Position numbers and translations under genes: made by a program. This document shows, one piece after another, positions 15,683 to 20,000 of a DNA stretch of 20,000 nt (positions within the stretch are counted from its first letter, which is position 1; each line of letters opens with the position of its first letter). This stretch comes from an uncultured virus (IMG/VR IMGVR_UViG_3300032722_000013) (Duplodnaviria; Heunggongvirae; Uroviricota; Caudoviricetes). Under the pieces are notes generated by a model that was not told the origin of the DNA, made no database searches, and worked only from the letters and a program-made list of their open reading frames with translations. Location of the stretch: the IMG/VR virus record IMGVR_UViG_3300032722_000013. The stretch is one strand, 5' to 3'.

Positions 15683-17310
15683 TGGCAAAGATCACCTCAG
15701 TAAAATTGAGCAGTACTACTTTTGAGGACATCAAGTGTTGGTACGACGCCCATCTGGCGCCAGACATCATCGATTTTGATGATCCGAAGCCTTACGAGGT
15801 ATACGCGCAGGGGAAATTTGCGGGTATATTTCAGGTTACGGGTCCTGGAGCCCAGCGTCTCTTCAAGAAGGCGAAGCCGCAGAGCATCATTGATATCGCA
15901 ACGCTTACATCGATCTATCGCCCGGGTCCATTGGCCGCCCACGTTGATAAGCTCTACCTTGAGGCTAAGAATGAAGGCAAAAAGATGGAGTGGGGTGATC
16001 AACGGATCAATGATATTCTTGAAAAAACATATGGATGCATCATCTTTCAAGAGCAGGTGATGGAACTCGCTGAAAAGTGTGCAGGATTTCCGAAAGACAA
16101 GTGCGACGAAGTACGTCGTGCGATCATGAAACGTAGCATCTCGGGCGGCGAGGCGGCGAAAAAAGTCGCGCAGGAGACACGTACTAGCTTTGTCGCAGGA
16201 TGCGTCAAGAACGGGTACCTAGAAAAAGTTGCAAACAATCTTTACGATCGCATACTATTTTTTGCGGGCTATGGCTTTAACGCAGCCCATGCGACTGCTT
16301 ATGCCATCGACAGCTACTGGTGCGCATGGCTACTGACGTACTACGAGGAATTCTGGCTATGTGCGTACCTCGAGTCGATGTCCTCCACGCCTGACAAGCG
16401 GGCAAAGGCATTCGGTGAGGCGAAGGCGTTGGGTTACCAGATCGTTCCAATTGACATCAACTATGCTGAACTTGGTTGGACATCTCTCCCGGGTAAGAAG
16501 CTCATGCCCAGCATGACGTCATGCAAGGGCGTTGGTGCCTCTGCGGTGCAAGAGATCATGTCAATGCGGCCTTTTGAGAGTGTTGAGGACATGCTCTACG
16601 AACCCGATGGTTCGTGGCGCTTGAGCAAGTTCAACAGCAAGGCCCTCACGGCGCTCATCACGGTCAGGGCGTTTGATAGCTTGGGATGCGTCGGACCTGA
16701 CAAGGTCTTCAAGAGCTACAGGCACATGTACGAGACCATGATGGGTGAGTTCACAGAGACCGTCACAAAGAAACGTAAAGGAGTCGAGGAAACGCTTGAC
16801 GTAGTACGTGATCACAGTGCTCTGATCAAGAGGTCGACGAAGAAGGATCCGCAGGAAGGAAGAAAGAACTTTTACGAGCTAGCTCGTGGTCTATCGGAGA
16901 TCTTCAAGGAAGAGTGGACGAGCAGGGAGCTAGCTGAGCTCCACGCGAAGGTGTTCGGGTCGGTTGACGTCATGATGATGTTCGACCAGAGCATCTTTGA
17001 CAAGCTGGCCGAGAAGGACGTCAAGTCGATCGAGGAGCTCGAGGTGGGCGACACCGACGTGGTCTGGTTCGTCACCGTGCTGGCCGCGGGCAAGAAGGGC
17101 AAGACACCCTCAGCGGGCACGATGAAACAGACGAAGAACAAGAAGAACTATGCGCAGGTCTTCGTCTCGGGTCCCACGGGCAAGGCGCTGCGCGTCAACG
17201 TATGGGGTGCGAACGAGCTGTTCGAGCCTTACAAGCTCTTCGTGGGAGAGGTTAAGAGGGACGATTTCGGTTACAGCACGACTGCATGGAAGTCGAAGGA
17301 GATCGCATGA
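15679..17310 (+). CDS. dnaE: DNA polymerase III alpha subunit, C-terminal part (fingers, HhH, OB)
   Basis: GIFQ, SIYRPGP, TYGCIIFQEQVM, FAGYGFNAAHATAY, PIDIN and KGVG. Has its own SD (AAGGA) and ATGATG start. Confidence 0.9.
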   Translation: MMAKITSVKLSSTTFEDIKCWYDAHLAPDIIDFDDPKPYEVYAQGKFAGIFQVTGPGAQRLFKKAKPQSIIDIATLTSIYRPGPLAAHVDKLYLEAKNEGKKMEWGDQRINDILEKTYGCIIFQEQVMELAEKCAGFPKDKCDEVRRAIMKRSISGGEAAKKVAQETRTSFVAGCVKNGYLEKVANNLYDRILFFAGYGFNAAHATAYAIDSYWCAWLLTYYEEFWLCAYLESMSSTPDKRAKAFGEAKALGYQIVPIDINYAELGWTSLPGKKLMPSMTSCKGVGASAVQEIMSMRPFESVEDMLYEPDGSWRLSKFNSKALTALITVRAFDSLGCVGPDKVFKSYRHMYETMMGEFTETVTKKRKGVEETLDVVRDHSALIKRSTKKDPQEGRKNFYELARGLSEIFKEEWTSRELAELHAKVFGSVDVMMMFDQSIFDKLAEKDVKSIEELEVGDTDVVWFVTVLAAGKKGKTPSAGTMKQTKNKKNYAQVFVSGPTGKALRVNVWGANELFEPYKLFVGEVKRDDFGYSTTAWKSKEIA

Positions 17311-17597
17311 AGCTCAAGGTCGAGATCAGCGTCAGGGTGCCGCAGACGGCGGACGAGTGGGAGCTCTACACAAGTTCCATGAAGTGCGGGTCGGCCGCCC
17401 GGGCCCTCACGGCCGCCCTCAAGAAATCCATGAGGCTGTACGCCAAGGACTCCACCCTCTACATATCCGACGCATTGGAGCCGTTCTACGTCGCTGCGAG
17501 GAAATGGTCGAAGTACGGCGCTGACGACAGCGAGCCTCACTACCACGCCCGTGACGTGATGCGACGTCTTCAGGAACAGCTCGGGAGGAGCGCATGA
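17307..17597 (+). CDS. Hypothetical protein
   Basis: SD AAGGAG, with ATGA overlaps at both ends. Confidence 0.65.
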   Translation: MKLKVEISVRVPQTADEWELYTSSMKCGSAARALTAALKKSMRLYAKDSTLYISDALEPFYVAARKWSKYGADDSEPHYHARDVMRRLQEQLGRSA

Positions 17598-18274
17598 AGT
17601 TCGGCGAGCTCGAGCTCCAGTTCAATCCTCGGGAAGAGGGCTACTGTCCCGCCGTGTTCGCCATGCGGGAGTTCACGAAGTTGGGTCTCGACCTTGCGTA
17701 CAAGGACGTCCTGGAGGTCGGGCCCAAGCATGGCGTCCACACGCGCATGCTTGACGCGCATTGTCCGAAGAGCATCACCTGCATCGAGCTTCCCAACAAG
17801 AGGGGTGTCAATGAGACGTGGAGGAACCTCATCAGGTCGCCGCTCGACCTGGTCTACTGTGACCTGCTCCGTTTCCAGACGGCGATGAGGTACGACGTCA
17901 TCCTGTTCTGCGGCGTCCTGTACCACAACACAGAACAGCTCAGGTTGCTGAAGAAGCTTCGGACCTTCACAAAGACGAAGGAGACGCTGATGGTGTTCGA
18001 GTGCTCGACCACTCGCAATCCAGAGTTGATGAACATGAACGTCATCGAGGTTCACTGGCCCAAGACGTACAGAGACGTTCCAACGATCATGTTCCACCCA
18101 TCGAAGCTAGCGTGCAGGTCCCTATTAGAGATCGCGGGATGGGACATCATCGCTGATGCTGACTTTCATTCAGACCTGACCAACCCTGAACGATCGACGT
18201 TACTGTGTCGAGCATCGGATCGCGTCCTCGAGACTTACGGTTCAGAGAACGTCGACCACGCATACGTTGAGTGA
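17594..18274 (+). CDS. Class I SAM-dependent methyltransferase (CmoB/DUF1698-like)
   Basis: VLEVGPKHG (motif I), ITCIE and YDVILFCGVLYH. Confidence 0.8.
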   Translation: MKFGELELQFNPREEGYCPAVFAMREFTKLGLDLAYKDVLEVGPKHGVHTRMLDAHCPKSITCIELPNKRGVNETWRNLIRSPLDLVYCDLLRFQTAMRYDVILFCGVLYHNTEQLRLLKKLRTFTKTKETLMVFECSTTRNPELMNMNVIEVHWPKTYRDVPTIMFHPSKLACRSLLEIAGWDIIADADFHSDLTNPERSTLLCRASDRVLETYGSENVDHAYVE

Positions 18275-18300
18275 AAATTGGTGCTCGTCTGTGGTAGGAT
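18271..18300 (+). promoter_or_regulatory. Putative promoter TGAAAA-N17-TAGGAT
   Basis: Recurring motif. ATG 18307 follows 6 nt after the -10 box. Confidence 0.6.
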
Positions 18301-18306
18301 GTCTGC

Positions 18307-18654
18307 ATGCACATAGTATATGACAACGTCTTCTGTGCAGAGAAGACTGCGATGAGCGATCCAGTCGACATGCTTGTGTCTGCACGTGGCGTGTTTTCGA
18401 TCAGTCTCAGCACGTCTGACTTCAAGATCGAGTATGTTGATGGCAAGGCAAGCGTCAGCCTGCACAAGCACATCACTTCTGATCAGGCACGGAAGCTTGC
18501 AGAAGCAATCATCAAGAAGGCTGACGAGCAGGATGCACAGAAGACAGCAATCACGCAGATGGTGTGCGGAGGTCTCATCACTCAGACGATCGACCCAGAG
18601 AGCGGACATGTCATGGTCACATCATCACGCTGCGTTGATCCGGATCAGAAATAA
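18307..18654 (+). CDS. Hypothetical protein
   Basis: ORF directly after the promoter, filling the gap before the next gene. Confidence 0.6.
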   Translation: MHIVYDNVFCAEKTAMSDPVDMLVSARGVFSISLSTSDFKIEYVDGKASVSLHKHITSDQARKLAEAIIKKADEQDAQKTAITQMVCGGLITQTIDPESGHVMVTSSRCVDPDQK

Positions 18655-18657
18655 CAC

Positions 18658-19800
18658 ATGCCTGGCGACATAACACGTGTTGAGTACTACGGTTATAAAC
18701 ACTGGACTCTTGAGGATGTTCCACGTTGTTTCAACGTAGGTAAAGGTTTGATTGGTCGTTCTGACAGTCATTATGCTCGCAATCATAAGTGGCATGCGAT
18801 CGTCAATCGTTTGGGTCTTCGAGTTGAAGTTTGTGTGGGTCCGGTGACGAATTTCGATGCTTGCTCTTGGGAGATTGAAAACATTACGTTGATGGGAACG
18901 TTCTCAACGAATCATTCTCATGACGATGACAGTGACATTGGGTGCAATTTCACAAAAGGTGGAGAGGGTGCCGCTGGTCGACCTGTGTCCGCAGAGACAA
19001 GGGAAAAGATTGCAGCGACCCAACGTGGTGAAAAAGCAGCATGGTTTGGTCGTAGGCACAATGCCGTAACAAAGCGTTCAATCAGTATGAAGAACACTGG
19101 AAAGGTCCGCACTCTTAACGCGCGCACGAGAATTGCTTCGAAGTTAGTTGGGAAATCCCTCTCTGAAAGAGGGTCTGAGTGGCGACATAAGATCGGAGAG
19201 TCAAATTCTCGACGAAGGGGCATCAAGTATCATTATGTTGCACGAATTCGTAAGATGAACAAAGTTAAGAATCAACTTGTACTCCTCTGCGGAGGACCTG
19301 ATCGATGTGGAAAAACGAATATTCTTCGTGAACTTGAAAAGCGCTTACATGTGCCTTATTTCAAAGCCTCACAAGAGCACGAGAACTTTTTACATTCTCA
19401 AGATCAATTCTTGAATGAGTTGAGGTACGCAGATCCACGTGTTGCTGACATGTTGTACCAGACAGGATTTAGCATTTTGGTCGACAGAGCATACATGTGC
19501 GAGTGGGTATATGCTCAGTTCTTTAACCGTGAGACTGATATGCGTATGCTTCGAAAGATGGACGATGCTTATTGCAAGCTCGATGCAAAGATCTTAATTT
19601 GCACTCGTAAGTCGTTCGTTGGTATCGAAGATGATCTTGATCCAAAACTTAATGGGGAAGCTCTTCAGAAGATTTCTGACTTGTACACAGATTTCACGAA
19701 ATGGACAAAGTGTCAGACATATACGTTGTACGTGGATGATGAAGACATCAATCGTGAGGTAGAAGAAATTCTTGAGTTCATTGGTGGGCCTTTGAAATGA
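18658..19800 (+). CDS. GIY-YIG-like/NUMOD3 homing endonuclease fused in frame to a thymidylate/dNMP-kinase-like P-loop domain
   Basis: N-part: YKHWTLEDVPRCFNVGKG, NFTKGGEG and SAETREKI..GEKAAWFGRRH (NUMOD3-like). C-part from Met at 19255: GGPDRCGKT and LVDRAYMCEWVY. Confidence 0.8.
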   Translation: MPGDITRVEYYGYKHWTLEDVPRCFNVGKGLIGRSDSHYARNHKWHAIVNRLGLRVEVCVGPVTNFDACSWEIENITLMGTFSTNHSHDDDSDIGCNFTKGGEGAAGRPVSAETREKIAATQRGEKAAWFGRRHNAVTKRSISMKNTGKVRTLNARTRIASKLVGKSLSERGSEWRHKIGESNSRRRGIKYHYVARIRKMNKVKNQLVLLCGGPDRCGKTNILRELEKRLHVPYFKASQEHENFLHSQDQFLNELRYADPRVADMLYQTGFSILVDRAYMCEWVYAQFFNRETDMRMLRKMDDAYCKLDAKILICTRKSFVGIEDDLDPKLNGEALQKISDLYTDFTKWTKCQTYTLYVDDEDINREVEEILEFIGGPLK

Positions 19801-20000
19801 GCTTCTGCGACTTCTGTCCATGCGAAGATTGCAGGACAGGCAATGAGCCGCACTTGGAGCATGCGCAGACGGCCGACGGCCGATGGGCGCTGGATCTGCG
19901 ACGTGTGTTACGCGTATGAAGTGTGTCAGGAGGATCCGAAGCGCAAAGGCAAGGGTCCCTGCGACGAAGAGTTCTGTGAACACCGACCCAAAATCGTCAG
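19797..20000 (+). pseudogene. Small Cys-rich protein gene frameshifted by a 7-nt tandem duplication (runs off the window)
   Basis: MSFCDFCPCEDC...HAQTADGRW continues as ICDVCYAYEVC...CEHRPKIV in the +1 frame. GACGGCC is repeated at 19868-19881. Confidence 0.55.

Noticed and set aside
14827..15720. Group I intron or canonical trans-splicing split intein in dnaE
   Set aside because: The interval is entirely protein-coding with no room for a ribozyme core, and the intein catalytic residues (N-terminal Cys/Ser, TxxH, HN-[CST]) are missing.
12613..17310. dnaE as a decayed pseudogene
   Set aside because: Catalytic and PHP motifs are intact over more than 1200 codons, both halves have translation signals, and the interruptions are precise.
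1..20000. CRISPR array, tRNA, rRNA, transposase or intrinsic terminators
   Set aside because: No repeat-spacer pattern, cloverleaf, transposase motif or hairpin-plus-U-tract was found by eye, and intergenic gaps are short.

Overview
Gene-dense, mostly + strand segment that looks like a large (jumbo-type) dsDNA bacteriophage genome. It encodes an RNA-repair module (PseT-like polynucleotide kinase/phosphatase plus RNA ligase), two paralogous metallophosphoesterases, two N4/N6 DNA methyltransferases, an S66 LD-carboxypeptidase and an HNH nuclease. It also has a block of probable virion proteins with a Dps/ferritin-like gene, a UDP-glucuronate decarboxylase-like epimerase, a SAM methyltransferase and a nucleotide kinase. 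The most unusual locus is the DNA polymerase III alpha (DnaE) gene, which is interrupted twice. (1) A 15-nt in-frame gap (TCC-TGA-TGA-AGT-AGA-TCC) sits in the first PHP motif, with matched TCC codons and a long hairpin covering the stops, resembling programmed ribosomal bypassing. (2) A homing endonuclease splits the gene, and the two halves carry intein-like (Hint) fragments that lack the splicing residues. Two recurring promoter classes are visible, several of them positioned to give leaderless mRNAs. All product calls come from motifs recognised by eye, with no database searches.
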